Shown here in pieces: positions 30,538-41,094 of a DNA stretch of 64,000 bases. The notes under the pieces are model-generated. The model saw only the letters and a list, made by a program, of their open reading frames with translations. It was not told where the DNA came from and did no database searches. How positions within the stretch are numbered: the stretch's first letter is position 1; the number at the start of each line of letters is the position of its first letter. Source of the DNA: an uncultured Verrucomicrobiae bacterium (GTDB taxonomy: Bacteria > Verrucomicrobiota > Verrucomicrobiia > Chthoniobacterales > Chthoniobacteraceae); contig CAWIKF010000001.1 of NCBI GenBank assembly GCA_963836755.1, forward strand, positions 704,001 to 768,000, read 5' to 3'. The translations under genes were made by a program, and so were the position numbers.

Positions 30538-31302
30538 ATGTTGCGGCTTGCGCGCTGCTGCCTTCTGTTTTACATCGTGGTAACAACCGCCCATGCGGGA
30601 GAAGTTCTCATCGCGGTGGCGGCCGATGCGACAGGAGCCGTTCGGGAGATCAATGCAGCCTTTGAAAAAGCGCATCCGGGCGCAAAGCTACAGCTCGCGA
30701 GCGGATCATCCGGCAACCTTTTTGCGCAGATTGACAACGGGGCGCCATTCGATGTTTTTCTTTCCGCCGACACCAATTATCCGCGCGAACTCGCGAAGGC
30801 TGGGTTCGCCGTGGAAGCGAGCATCCATGCCTATGCGCGAGGACGCATCGTTCTTTGGACGACAAGGCCAGGGCTCGATGTCGCGAAAGGTTTGGCGCTT
30901 TTACGCGATTCACAGTCCTTTAAAAAAGTGGCGATCGCCAATCCGAGCCACGCTCCTTACGGACGCGCGGCAAAGTCTGCGCTTGAGCATGAAAAATTAT
31001 GGGACGAACTCGCGCCGCGCCTCGTCCTCGGCGAAAATGTTTCACAGGCCGCGCAGTTTGTGCAGACCGGAAATGCGGACGCCGGCATTGTCGCGTTGTC
31101 GCAAATGAAGGAAGTCGCAGCGGCGAAAGCCGGGAACTTTTTTTTGATTCCGCAGGCGTTTTATCCGCCGCTGGATCAGGGTTCCGCGTTGTTGAAACAC
31201 GGCGCGGACAATCCGCTGGCGAAAGAATATTTGGAATTTCTTAACACGTCTCCGGCAGCGCGAAAAATCCTCGACAATTACGGATTCGGATTGGAAAGGT
31301 GA
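30538..31302 (+). CDS. modA: Molybdate ABC transporter substrate-binding protein
   Basis: GSSGNLFAQIDNGAPFDVFLSA, AIANPSHAPYG and GENVSQA. Confidence 0.93.
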   Translation: MLRLARCCLLFYIVVTTAHAGEVLIAVAADATGAVREINAAFEKAHPGAKLQLASGSSGNLFAQIDNGAPFDVFLSADTNYPRELAKAGFAVEASIHAYARGRIVLWTTRPGLDVAKGLALLRDSQSFKKVAIANPSHAPYGRAAKSALEHEKLWDELAPRLVLGENVSQAAQFVQTGNADAGIVALSQMKEVAAAKAGNFFLIPQAFYPPLDQGSALLKHGADNPLAKEYLEFLNTSPAARKILDNYGFGLER

Positions 31303-32006
31303 CCGCGATTTTTCAAACCGTGACCCATCTTCCACCGGAATTTTGGCAGGCTTTGTGGCTGACGCTGCGCCTCGCTTTTTGCACCACTTTTTTTCTGCTC
31401 ATCCTCGGGCTGCCGCTCGCGCAGTGGCTCAATCGCGGTCGCGGCCGCTTCATGATTTTGGTTGAGACGCTCGTGACGCTGCCGGTCGTGCTGCCGCCGA
31501 CGGTGATCGGTTTTTACCTGCTCTTCTTTTTTGCGCCGCAAACTTTTCTCGGCAAAATCTGGATCGCCGTGCTGGGCCGGCCGCTCGCTTTCAGTTTTTC
31601 CGGGCTCGTCGTCGGCTCGATTCTTTACAGCCTGCCGTTCGCGATTCAGCCGTTCCAGGCGGCGCTGCGCGCGGTGCCCGAGGTTTTGCTGGAAGCGGCG
31701 AAAATGGACGGCGCGTCTGCGCTGCAAATTTTTCGGCACGTCATGCTGCCGGTCGCCGGCGGCGGAATTTTGGTCGGCGTGATTTTGAGTTTTGCGCACA
31801 CGATCGGCGAGTTTGGCGTCGTGCTGATGCTCGGCGGCAGCATTCCCGGCCAGACGCGCGTCGCGTCGATCGCGCTCTTTGATGAAGTGCAAAAACTGAA
31901 TTATCCGATGGCTCATGCCTACGCGCTGGTGCTGCTCCTGGTCTCGTTCGCGTTGATTTTCGGGATGAGCTGCGTGCGGCGCAATGGCCTGCGCAGCATC
32001 TATTGA
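31299..32006 (+). CDS. modB: Molybdate ABC transporter permease
   Basis: LPVVLPPTVIGFYLL, EAA loop and FAHTIGEFGVVLMLGGSIPG. Confidence 0.93.
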   Translation: MTAIFQTVTHLPPEFWQALWLTLRLAFCTTFFLLILGLPLAQWLNRGRGRFMILVETLVTLPVVLPPTVIGFYLLFFFAPQTFLGKIWIAVLGRPLAFSFSGLVVGSILYSLPFAIQPFQAALRAVPEVLLEAAKMDGASALQIFRHVMLPVAGGGILVGVILSFAHTIGEFGVVLMLGGSIPGQTRVASIALFDEVQKLNYPMAHAYALVLLLVSFALIFGMSCVRRNGLRSIY

Positions 32007-32075
32007 TCGGCCTCGCCGGCCCGCGCAGGTAAGGTTGGACAAAAGCGGCAACGACCACCATATTCCCGACCCGCC

Positions 32076-32498
32076 ATGTCAATTCTCATCAACCTGCTGC
32101 TCGGCATTTTCGTGCTCGTGTCGTCTCTTTTGATCCTGATCGTCCTCATGCAGCGGCCGAAAAGCGAAGGCCTCGGCGCGGCTTTCGGCGGTGGGATGAC
32201 CGAAAATCTTTTTGGTGCGCAAACCACGAATGTGCTCGGAAATGCCACGCGCTATCTCGGCGCGTTTTTTTTCATTCTCGCGCTCATTCTCTCGATGCTT
32301 TACGCGAAGCAATCGCAGCGCAAAAGCGCACTCCAGCAGGAGTTGATTAAAACAGCGCCGCCGGTTGCGATTCCGCTGACATCGCCGGCTGCGTCGCCCG
32401 CGGCATCCGCCGCTCCGTCAGCTTCCGCAGCTGGGAGCGAAAAGTCTTCGCCGCATCCAGCGGCATCGGCGGCAGCGAGCTCAAAAAATAGTCAGTAA
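32076..32498 (+). CDS. secG: Preprotein translocase subunit SecG
   Basis: VLMQRPKSEGLGAAFGGG between two TM helices, with a Pro/Ala/Ser-rich tail. Confidence 0.92.
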   Translation: MSILINLLLGIFVLVSSLLILIVLMQRPKSEGLGAAFGGGMTENLFGAQTTNVLGNATRYLGAFFFILALILSMLYAKQSQRKSALQQELIKTAPPVAIPLTSPAASPAASAAPSASAAGSEKSSPHPAASAAASSKNSQ

Positions 32499-32510
32499 CT
32501 TCCGGCTGCT

Positions 32511-34091
32511 GTGAAAAGCGTGCGCGGTTTTGCTTTCGCGGCGCTGCTGATTTTTCTCGCCGGATGCGCAAAGCGATCCGACCGCGCCGATCTCGTTTTT
32601 CTCAACGGCGCAGAGCCGGAAACGCTCGATCCCGCGCTCATCACCGGCCAACCGGAAGGCCGCATCGCCAGCGCGCTTTTCGAAGGTTTGACGACATTCA
32701 ACTCTGCGGCGCAGCCGGTGCCCGGCGTGGCGGAGCGGTGGGAACTTTCGCCCGACAAGCGCATCTACACTTTTCACCTGCGCGCAAACGCCCGCTGGAG
32801 CAACGGCGATGCGATCACTGCGAATGATTTTCTGAAATCGTGGCAGCGCACGCTCGCGCCGGAGACCGCGTCGGAATACGCCTATCAACTTTACTACATC
32901 AAAAACGCGCGCGCTTTCAACGAAGGGACGCTGCACAATTTCTGGCAGGTCGGCATTCGCGCGCTCGACCCGCTCACGCTCGAGGTCACGCTCGAAAATC
33001 CGACGCCATTTTTCCTCGATCTCTGCGCGTTCACCACGCTCATGCCCGTGCATTTGCCGACCGTTTACCGCTACGGCGATGGCTGGATCAAGCCCGGCAA
33101 ACTCGTCGGCAACGGCGCGTATCAGCTCACGGAGTGGCGCATCAACGACCGTGTTCGCCTTGTTAAAAATCCGTTTTATTGGAATGCGGCGCACGTGGCG
33201 ATGCGCAGCGTCGATGTGCTCCCGGCCGCGCGCGCGAACACAGCATTCAACTACTACGCGACCGGCCTCGCCGACCTCATGATGGACAAAGGTCTCGCGC
33301 CGACGCCGCTGATGGGCGAGCTGAAAAAGCGCGCCGACTTTCATTCCGCGCCGTTCCTCGGCAACTACTTCATTCGCTTCAACGTCACGCGCAAACCGTT
33401 CGACGATGTGCGCGTGCGGCAGGCTTTCGCGCTCGTCATCGACAAAAATTTGCTCGTCGAAAAAATTACAAAGGCCGGCGAGGTTCCCGCGCAAAGCCTC
33501 GTCCCGCCTGGCTGCGCGGGCTATCAGCCGCCGCCGGGACTCGCGCGCGATCCGGTCCGTGCGCGCCAGCTTCTCGCCGATGCGGGATTTCCCGGCGGCA
33601 AAAATTTTCCGCTCATCAGCTATCTTTACAAAGGAGACTCCGATCTCGACCGCGACCTCGCCGTCGAGCTGCAAGGCATGTTCCAGCGCGAGCTCGGCGT
33701 GAACATGCAACTGCAGGGCCAGGAATGGAAAGTCTATCTCCGCTCGATGAGCAGCCTCGACTACGACCTTTGCCGCTCGAGCTGGGTCGGCGATTACAAT
33801 GATCCGAACACGTTCCTCGACATGTTCGTCACCGGCGGCGGCAACAACCGCACCGGCTGGGGCAGCACCGTTTACGATGACGACATCGCGCAGGCCGCGC
33901 GCGAGATCGACCCGCGCACGCGCTTCGATATTTTCCGCCGTGCCGAGCACATCCTCATTACCGAGCAAGCGCCGATCTGCCCGCTCTACTTCTACGTCGG
34001 CATCCAGTTTTATAATGGCGCGCGCCTCGGCGGCATCCAGGCGAACCTTCTCGACGAGCATCCGCTGCGCGAAATGTTTTGGAAAAAATAA
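32511..34091 (+). CDS. oppA: Peptide ABC transporter substrate-binding lipoprotein (OppA family)
   Basis: Lipobox LAGC, EPETLDP, WSNGDAITANDF, GNGAY and W.GDYNDP.TFL. Confidence 0.9.
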   Translation: MKSVRGFAFAALLIFLAGCAKRSDRADLVFLNGAEPETLDPALITGQPEGRIASALFEGLTTFNSAAQPVPGVAERWELSPDKRIYTFHLRANARWSNGDAITANDFLKSWQRTLAPETASEYAYQLYYIKNARAFNEGTLHNFWQVGIRALDPLTLEVTLENPTPFFLDLCAFTTLMPVHLPTVYRYGDGWIKPGKLVGNGAYQLTEWRINDRVRLVKNPFYWNAAHVAMRSVDVLPAARANTAFNYYATGLADLMMDKGLAPTPLMGELKKRADFHSAPFLGNYFIRFNVTRKPFDDVRVRQAFALVIDKNLLVEKITKAGEVPAQSLVPPGCAGYQPPPGLARDPVRARQLLADAGFPGGKNFPLISYLYKGDSDLDRDLAVELQGMFQRELGVNMQLQGQEWKVYLRSMSSLDYDLCRSSWVGDYNDPNTFLDMFVTGGGNNRTGWGSTVYDDDIAQAAREIDPRTRFDIFRRAEHILITEQAPICPLYFYVGIQFYNGARLGGIQANLLDEHPLREMFWKK

Positions 34092-34215
34092 GCTGCGCGC
34101 GGCCGAAATGTGCGCTCGGAATTTGTTGGCCGGATTTCCCGCAGCGCATAGTTTTTGCAACCGTGCCGATTGCGAACCCCGCCGCTGAACTTTTTCGCAA
34201 AGCCGAAATGCGCTG

Positions 34216-36115
34216 ATGGATTACGCCAGTTTTTTGCTTTACCGCGCGGTGCGGAAGTTTTGTTCGTGGCTGCCGATCCGATGGGTTTTTTTGCTCGGCA
34301 GATTTTTTGGCGCGAGCGCGTATTGGCTCGCGCCGCCTTACAGGAAGCTGGTTCTCGCGAATCTCTCGCTCGCATTTGAGGGAGAAAAAGATGCGCGCGA
34401 AATCCGTGCGCTGGCGCGCGAACATTTCGCAAACCTTGGCGCGAATTTGCTCTCGAGCCTCAAGCTCGCCACGATGAGCCGCGACGAAATTCTCGCGGTC
34501 GTGACGATGGAAAATACGGAAATTGTCGAGCGCGTCATTTACGAGCACGGCGGTTTTGTTTTCGTCGTCAGCCATCTTGGCAATTGGGAATTGCACTCGC
34601 AACTCGCGCCGATCGCGTTTCGCTGCCAGTGCGGCACGATTTATCAGCGGCTCGGTAATCCCTACATCGATGCTGATGTCCGCAAAAGTCGCGCGCGTCA
34701 CGGGCTGGAAACTTTTGAGCGCAAGGAAGGATTCGCCGGCGCGATGCGACTGCTCCGCGCGCGCGGAGGCGTCGGCGTGCTCGTCGATCAACACGCCGGC
34801 GACGCCGGTCTGTGGACGCCGTTTTTTGGGCGGCTCGCATCGACTTCGCCGCTTGCAGCGACGCTCGCCATTCGCACCGGCGCGGCACTTTTACCGGCCG
34901 CAATTTACACTGTCGGCGTCGCGCGCTGGCGCTTCGTTGTTGGCGAGGCGGTCTTTGCAGTCGATCGAAATTCCGATCAACTCACGGCGACGATCAATGA
35001 AACTTTGGAGCAACAAATCCGCGTCTCGCCGAAGGATTGGTTTTGGGTTCACAAGCGCTGGAAAACGCCCGCGCCGAAATTTTTGCTCGCGACCTACAAG
35101 CGCGGCGTCGTGCTGCCGGACGATTTTCCAGCAACGCGCTTGAAGCCTTTCCGCATCTTGATCCGCTCGACGAACTGGCTCGGCGACGCGGTGATGAGCG
35201 TGCCGGCAGTCCGCGCCATCAAGCGCGGCCGGCCCGACGCGCACGTTACGATTCTCACGCGCGCGAAGCTCGTCGATTTCTGGAAAACTGTGCCTGAGGT
35301 GGACGAAGTCATCGCGATTGAAAAAGGCGAGGGGACGTGGCGCGTCGCGCGAAAAATCGCCGCGAAAAATTTCGACGCGGCGGTTTTGTTTCCAAATTCC
35401 GTCCGTTCCGCACTCGAGGTCTGGCTCGCGCGAATCCCGCGCCGGGTCGGCTATCGTGCGAAGTGGCGCGACAAACTTTTGAACCAGCTTGCCGACGCGA
35501 AAAAACGCGAAAAACAAACACGGCCTCCACGCCATCAAATGTTTAACTATTTGCAAATCGCCGAATCGATCGGCGCGGACATCTCGGCAGCGGAAACTTT
35601 TCTCCAGCCGCCGCTCCCGCAAACCAGCACGACCGCGCGCATCGGCATCTGCCCCGGCGCGGAATATGGCCCGGCGAAGCGCTGGCTGCCTGAGCGTTTC
35701 GCGGAGGCCGCGCAACGCTTCGCGGCGGCGCGCGATTGCGAGTGGGTGATTTTTGGCGTGGAAAAAGATCGCGAGATCGGCGCGCAAATCTCCGCCGTGC
35801 TCGGCGACCGATGCACCGACTTGACCGGCAAAACGACGCTCGGCGGAATTAATCGAGCAGTTGCGCGCGTGCCGTCTGCTGCTCACGAACGACACCGGCA
35901 CGATGCATCTCGCCGCGCATCTCGGCGTGCCGGTCGTCGCGATTTTTGGCTCCACGGAACCGGCGCTCACCGGCCCGATCGGCGCGCGGCACCGCGTGCT
36001 CCGCCATCACGTCGTCTGCAGCCCGTGCTTCCTGCGCGAGTGCCCGCTCGACTTCCGCTGCATGAAATCCGTCGGCGTGGACGAAGTCGCGGACGCTGTG
36101 CTGGCGGCGCTTTAG
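34216..36115 (+). CDS. waaF: Fusion of lipid A acyltransferase (LpxL/HtrB-like) and heptosyltransferase II (WaaF, GT9), 1-nt frameshift near 35842
   Basis: N-terminal half has SHLGNWE, LVDQH, PFFGR and WFWVHKRWK. C-terminal half has RSTNWLGDAVM and PGAEYGPAKRW. NDTGTMHLAA...IFGST...CSPC lies in the shifted frame (35861..36115). Confidence 0.88.
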
Positions 36116-36594
36116 CGTTCCGGCCGCCGCTCGTTTTGTGGCACGAAAGAATTTTCGATGACGTCGTTCACGCGCGACGCGGGAATCACGCGATCGGTCT
36201 GGCTGTCGAGATTTCCGTCACGGCCGATGATGACAATGTTAAACTTTCCGTTGGTGCCGTAATCGCTCGCGATCTGCGCCGGGTCGCGCGCGATGGCGAA
36301 TGGAATATCGGAGCGAATGTTCGTGCTGCCGTCCGCGAGCGCGGCGACGAAGATCACCTTCCGGCTCGCGAACTTTTGATAAAGCTCGTGCAACTTTTTC
36401 ACCTGTGCGCGAAAGGCGTGGTTGCGCGCGCTCGGCGCGATGAGCAACACAATCGGCTGACCCTTGACCGCGCGGAGACTGTTCGCGCGAGCCGGCGCGT
36501 CCCAGCTGAAATTCGGCGCGGGCCGCGCGACATTTGCGAGCGCGGCGGCTGCGAAGGCGAGGGGGATGAATGCGAGAAGGCGAAGTTTTCTCAC
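36112..36594 (-). CDS. Exported thioredoxin-fold-like protein lacking CxxC
   Basis: Signal peptide, PAPNFSW...KGQPIVLLIAP and FNIVIIGRDG. Confidence 0.6.
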   Translation of the reverse strand: MRKLRLLAFIPLAFAAAALANVARPAPNFSWDAPARANSLRAVKGQPIVLLIAPSARNHAFRAQVKKLHELYQKFASRKVIFVAALADGSTNIRSDIPFAIARDPAQIASDYGTNGKFNIVIIGRDGNLDSQTDRVIPASRVNDVIENSFVPQNERRPER

Positions 36595-36597
36595 GGG

Positions 36598-37158
36598 CTA
36601 GATTTTCATGATGTCGGTTTCTTTTGCCGCAACGGCGTCGTCGATTTTCTTCACGTATTGATCGGTCAGCTTCTGCACTTCCGACTCGAGATCGCGCAAG
36701 CCATCCTCGGTCAGGTCGCCGCTTTTCTCCGCCTTCTTCGCGGCGTCGATTCCCTCGCGCCGCGCGCTGCGCACTCGCACCCGCGCTTCCTCCGCCATTT
36801 GTTTGATCGTCTTCACCAGGTCGCGCCGGCGCTCCTCGGAAAGTTCGGGAATCGGCAGCCGGATGATCTTTCCATCGACCGCGGGATTGATCCCAATCTT
36901 CGATTCCTTGATCGCTTTTTCAATGTCCTTCGTCGTCGCCGCATCGAATGGCTGGATGACCAGCAGCCGCGGTTCCGGCGTCGTGATCAGCGCGATCTGC
37001 TTCAGCTTCATCGACGCGCCGTAAGCTTCGACATCGATGTTTTCCACCAGCGCAGGCGATGCCTTGCCGGTTCGCACGCTCGCGAATTCATGCGTCATGT
37101 AATCGGCGGCTTTTTCCATCGCGCCTTCGGTATCGAGGAGAATTTCGTCGGGGTCCAT
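36598..37158 (-). CDS. frr: Ribosome recycling factor
   Basis: VRTGKASP, IQPFD, PELSEERRRDLVK and KETDIMKI. Confidence 0.97.
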   Translation of the reverse strand: MDPDEILLDTEGAMEKAADYMTHEFASVRTGKASPALVENIDVEAYGASMKLKQIALITTPEPRLLVIQPFDAATTKDIEKAIKESKIGINPAVDGKIIRLPIPELSEERRRDLVKTIKQMAEEARVRVRSARREGIDAAKKAEKSGDLTEDGLRDLESEVQKLTDQYVKKIDDAVAAKETDIMKI

Positions 37159-37173
37159 AGTTTAAAAAATCGA

Positions 37174-37902
37174 TTACTCCGTCGTCACGATCGTGCCGAC
37201 TTTTTTGCCGAGCACGGCGTCGCGGATGTTTTTCTTGTTCATCATGTCGAAAACAATGATTGGAACTTTGTTATCCATGCAAAGCGAGAACGCCGTCGAG
37301 TCCATCACCTGCAAACGTTTCGTTAACGCTTCGGTAAAAGTCAGGTGCGCGTATTTCACCGCCTTCGGATTCTTGTTCGGGTCAGAATCGTAAATCCCAT
37401 CCACCTTTGTCGCCTTTAAAATCACCTGCGCGCCGATCTCGCTCGCCCGCAGCGCCGCCGTCGTGTCCGTGGAGAAAAACGGATTCCCCGTCCCCGCGAC
37501 AAAGATCACCACGCGTCGCAGCTCCAGATGCCGCATCGCGCGCCGGCGGATGAACGACTCCGCCACATTCTTCATCTCGATCGCCGTCTGCACCCGCGTC
37601 ACCACGCCGAGCGATTCGAGCGTGCTCTGCAGCGCCAGCCCATTCATCACCGTCGCCAGCATCCCCATGTAATCGGCCGTCGCCCGCTCCATCCCGCGCG
37701 TGCTCGCCGACGCGCCGCGCCAGATATTTCCACCGCCGACCACCACCGCCACCTCGCAGCCCAGCTCGTGCACTTCCTTGATCTGCTTCGCCACATCGCC
37801 CACGATCTGCGGCGAGATATTGTCACGGCTGCCCGGTTCCCGCAGCGCCTCGCCGCTGATCTTTAGGACGATTCGCTTATAAAAAGGAACTTTCGCTGGC
37901 AT
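37174..37902 (-). CDS. pyrH: UMP kinase
   Basis: [35 protein letters not shown] and [10 protein letters not shown]. Confidence 0.97.
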   Translation of the reverse strand: MPAKVPFYKRIVLKISGEALREPGSRDNISPQIVGDVAKQIKEVHELGCEVAVVVGGGNIWRGASASTRGMERATADYMGMLATVMNGLALQSTLESLGVVTRVQTAIEMKNVAESFIRRRAMRHLELRRVVIFVAGTGNPFFSTDTTAALRASEIGAQVILKATKVDGIYDSDPNKNPKAVKYAHLTFTEALTKRLQVMDSTAFSLCMDNKVPIIVFDMMNKKNIRDAVLGKKVGTIVTTE

Positions 37903-37985
37903 CGCGCGCAGATGAAACACGAAACCCGCGCGCATGAGAAAACAAAAATGCGATCACGCGAAAAAGCGTGCGCCTTTGGGAAACC

Positions 37986-38059
37986 CGCGCCCGGGGTGAC
38001 TCGAACACCCGACCGGCGGATTAGAAATCCGCTGCTCTATCCGGCTGAGCTACGGGCGC
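37986..38059 (-). tRNA. tRNA-Arg(TCT), CCA not encoded
   Basis: Reverse complement GCGCCCGTAGCTCAGCCGGATAGAGCAGCGGATTTCTAATCCGCCGGTCGGGTGTTCGAGTCACCCCGGGCGCG folds as a cloverleaf with anticodon TCT. Confidence 0.96.
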
Positions 38060-38218
38060 AAAGTGGATTTGAACCGCCGCAATATCGAAAGCCCGCGCCC
38101 CTCTGGCAATGCATTTCCGAAAAGTCTGCGCGCATTTTCCCCATTCGCACCGGAAGCAACCCAGCCTCGTCGCGGGTCGAACTTTCACGTCGGAGGTCAG
38201 ACGAGACGCGTCGGCAGC

Positions 38219-38547
38219 CGAATGCGCCATTTCCACCCGCGAACGATGCAGCTCGACACGCGAAGGATTGAGTTCCGCAGTCGGACGAGACAGCCCCGGA
38301 TGCGAAGCATTCAGCTACAGAGCCGAAGGATCCACCTACGAAAGAAGCGAAGGATCCAGCTACAAAGGCGAAGGATCCACCTACGAGAAAGCCTCAGCGA
38401 CGAACGATCCACCTACGAAATCGAAGAAATCAGCTCCCGCGACGAAGGATTCGCCTCCCGTTGCGAAGGATTCAGCTCCGCCGACGAACGCACCACCTGC
38501 AAAACCGCCCGCGACAGCTCCCGACTCGAGCGTTTTACTCTGTTAAA
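38219..38547. repeat. Degenerate 21-bp tandem array (about 15 units, consensus CGAAGGATYCASCTMC+N5)
   Basis: Units start at 38219, 38240, 38261, 38282, 38303, 38324, (24 nt) 38348, 38369, (32 nt) 38401, 38422, 38443, 38464, 38485, 38506 and 38527. Confidence 0.9.
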
Positions 38548-38591
38548 AAACAAAGCTGTGCGCCAGCGACGCCGGCCGATACCCTCGACCC

Positions 38592-39451
38592 ATGTCCGAC
38601 CCAACACCCACCCCAGCCCCGAAAAAACGCAAATCTCCAGCACCGCTCGACAGCAGGCTCATCGACCACCTGGAAAAAGACGGCGAAGTCGTCACCGCCA
38701 CTCTCGACGAGATGACTGCCGACGCAGCCTTCGCCGCCGCGCTCGCCCCGCATTTCCTCGACCGCGACAGGACACCATCAGCCATCAACCCCGGCGCAGG
38801 TATCCACCGCTGGCCGAAGGCCTGCGATCAATCTCACGGCGCTCTCGACACAGGTCTCCGACGCCCGCTCCATCGGGGCCGATGTCACCAGTGGCCGCGC
38901 AAAGTTTCACAGCGTCACAGACGATGAAGACGGCGATGAGGCTACCGCCATTGCAGCCATCCGCAACGTCCAAACCCGCGCAAAAGAAAAATACGAGGAG
39001 AGCGACCCGGCGCGGCTCGACGCCTATTACCTTGGCCAGCCGCTCCGCTCCCGCAGCCAGATCACGCAGGCCGGCGCCGCCGTTTACACCCTGCTGCGCA
39101 CGACCGACAACTCCGGCAATCCCGTCACCCCGCAAGACACGCTCCCCGGCTTCGGCGCCCCGCAAATCCTACAACTCAACGACTCGAGAACGTCTGCGGG
39201 CAGAGAGAGGCTTACAGGAGCTCAATGTAATAACCGACCTCGGCAGCTACGGCGGCGTCCAGACGACGCAAAGCGGCGCGCAGACCGATGCGAAACAAAG
39301 TTTGCAGGAATTTGAAGACGAATGCGACCAAATCAGCCGCCGCCGTCGCAAAGTCCAGCTCGCCGTCGATGCCGAACGCCCCTTCAGCAACCCGTCCAAC
39401 GGCCCGCTCCGCACCCGCCTGGGACTGCCCGCAGATCGCGGGATGGCATAG
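38592..39451 (+). pseudogene. Frameshifted hypothetical alpha-helical protein gene downstream of the 21-bp array
   Basis: Three consecutive frames with C-ending codons: MSDPTPTPAPKKRKSPAPLDSRL... / AINLTALSTQVSDARS...QDTLPGFGAPQILQLN / TDLGSYGGVQTTQSGAQ...RLGLPADRGMA*. The frame changes coincide with roughly 40-55 nt atypical segments. Confidence 0.7.
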
Positions 39452-39582
39452 GTCTTCCGCCATGGGAGAGCTATCGGATGAAGAAGGGTAGGACGTGGGA
39501 AATTTCGTCTCAACCTTCAAAGGCGACTCGCGTGGCTCCTTTGAATGTCACACTGCACCAGTTGCCGCCGAGCGGGGCTGCG

Positions 39583-40107
39583 CTAGTGCGCAGGCCGCTG
39601 TTGCCGCAAGGCGTCTTGCACCGGCCCCGGCAGTTTGTCGGCATTGTGCAAGAGCAGGCTCACCTGCCAGAGCTCATCATCGGAGAGCTTGCCACTGAAC
39701 GATGGCATGCCGCTAAAGCGGATGCCGTTCTTGATCACCCAGTGAGTTTCCCCGACTTGGTCATCCGTGACGCCCTTTGATGGCGGCAGCAGGTGCGGCG
39801 CGGCGGGATACATGCGTTTGCCGACACCGGACTGCGGGTCGCCGATCCGGCCGTGGCACCCGACGCAACCTCTCTCCTGGAAAACGTGCGCGCCGGCGAG
39901 AAGGTTTTGCTCGTCGGCTGGCAGTGGCGACTGCTCCCTCGACGCCTGGCCCATGGAGGAGGAAAGAGCTGCGTGCGCCAGCATTTTCTCCATCGGTAAC
40001 GCGTGTGCGTCGGTGCCCATGGCGATGCCGCCATGCGCGACGAACAAGTATTCTGCCAGCGCGAGGAGCGCGGCTCCGACGACAAGACCAATGATGAATT
40101 TCAGCAT
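39583..40107 (-). CDS. Membrane-anchored monoheme cytochrome c
   Basis: CVGCH heme motif, MYPAAPHL and WVIKNGIRFSGMPSF. Confidence 0.9.
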   Translation of the reverse strand: MLKFIIGLVVGAALLALAEYLFVAHGGIAMGTDAHALPMEKMLAHAALSSSMGQASREQSPLPADEQNLLAGAHVFQERGCVGCHGRIGDPQSGVGKRMYPAAPHLLPPSKGVTDDQVGETHWVIKNGIRFSGMPSFSGKLSDDELWQVSLLLHNADKLPGPVQDALRQQRPAH

Positions 40108-40125
40108 AGGTGTGGGTGCGCGCTG

Positions 40126-41094
40126 TTAATCCTGCGATTTTTGATTCGAACCTTCAGCATTGGTCAGGTCGAGCCCGCGGCGAAGCTCGGCCGCAAGCTT
40201 ATAGGCGTCACCCGTCTTGGCCATGTGGTCGAAGAAGAGTTGCGGCTGTTCGCCGGTTTCCTGGTTGTAAAGACAGCCCTGATACCAGCCGAGTTGATTC
40301 CGCATCAGCTTCACCACCGGCTGGATTTCTTTGGAAGTCATGGAGAAATCCGCCACGATCTGCGCCTGGTCGCCGCTGGTGGGATGGAATTCGATGTTCG
40401 TCGAGACGTTGGCCCGCGGGTTCGCGTGAACGCCGTCGATGGTGATCCGGTCCTTTCGCAACACCCAGACGGTGACGACTCCATTCTCGCCGACGCTGGC
40501 GTCGCCATGGAGGATATCGCCGAGGCGCTTCGAGTCGAGCGAGCTGCTCGGTTTCGAGGCCTTCTTCTGCGGGAGCGGAGTGCTGGTGGTGTCGAGCGCA
40601 TGGCGTATCCCGCGAGCGAGGGTGAGCGCGTCGCCGACGCCGCGGAAATGCACGAACCACACCTGCGGATGCGTCGGCAAATGCTGGTGGAAAGCCTCGA
40701 AGACGAGGCCATTCTCGATCAATGCGGAGATGAACGGGTTGACCTCTTCTTCCTTGAGACAAAGATCGCCGTTCACGAAGACGCGATCGTTCGAGAGCGG
40801 CTGGAATAGTGCTCCGCCGTCGAGCTCGAAAGACGGTTTCAAGGTGAGGCCGGTGCCGCGCGGGCCCTCGACCGATCCGATGTCCTTGCGCGCGATCTCC
40901 AGACTGAGCAGGCCGTGCTCCATTTCGCCCTCGAGGCCGAGGATGTCTTCGATTTGTGCCTTCGGCAAGCCTGCGTCCCCGGACCCGCTCTTGCCTTTCC
41001 CGCCGCTGTCTTGGTCCGCAGCACGCAGGAATGGCACGAACCCGAGCGAAACGCTCAGCAACAACAGTGCGCTGGCTTTGTAAAATGGCTTCAT
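40126..41094 (-). CDS. DUF1259 (LppY/LpqO-like) exported protein
   Basis: Signal peptide and a duplicated domain: GDLCL..EEVNP...AFHQH..P.VWFVH / ADFSM..KEIQP...LYNQE...PQLFFDH. Confidence 0.75.
   Translation of the reverse strand: MKPFYKASALLLLSVSLGFVPFLRAADQDSGGKGKSGSGDAGLPKAQIEDILGLEGEMEHGLLSLEIARKDIGSVEGPRGTGLTLKPSFELDGGALFQPLSNDRVFVNGDLCLKEEEVNPFISALIENGLVFEAFHQHLPTHPQVWFVHFRGVGDALTLARGIRHALDTTSTPLPQKKASKPSSSLDSKRLGDILHGDASVGENGVVTVWVLRKDRITIDGVHANPRANVSTNIEFHPTSGDQAQIVADFSMTSKEIQPVVKLMRNQLGWYQGCLYNQETGEQPQLFFDHMAKTGDAYKLAAELRRGLDLTNAEGSNQKSQD

Noticed and set aside
30538..32006. modAB without modC
   Set aside because: The ATPase may simply be encoded elsewhere; this cannot be judged from one window.
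34216..37326. 1036-aa ORF
   Set aside because: Read-through caused by an extra G near 35842. The tail is antisense to frr and the 36112 gene, and the real gene ends at 36115.
37986..38059. tRNA-Arg as the attachment site of an integrated element
   Set aside because: The accessory DNA lies on the 5' side of the tRNA, I found no duplicated tRNA 3' end, and there is no integrase in the window.
38063..39451. 462-aa ORF spanning the repeat array
   Set aside because: It threads through a stop-free repeat and off-frame parts of the 38592 gene. Only the last roughly 70 codons look like true coding frame.
39515..39545. TTCAAAGG...CCTTTGAA inverted repeat between convergent genes
   Set aside because: Only an 8-bp stem with no U-tract, too weak to call a terminator or a mobile-element end.
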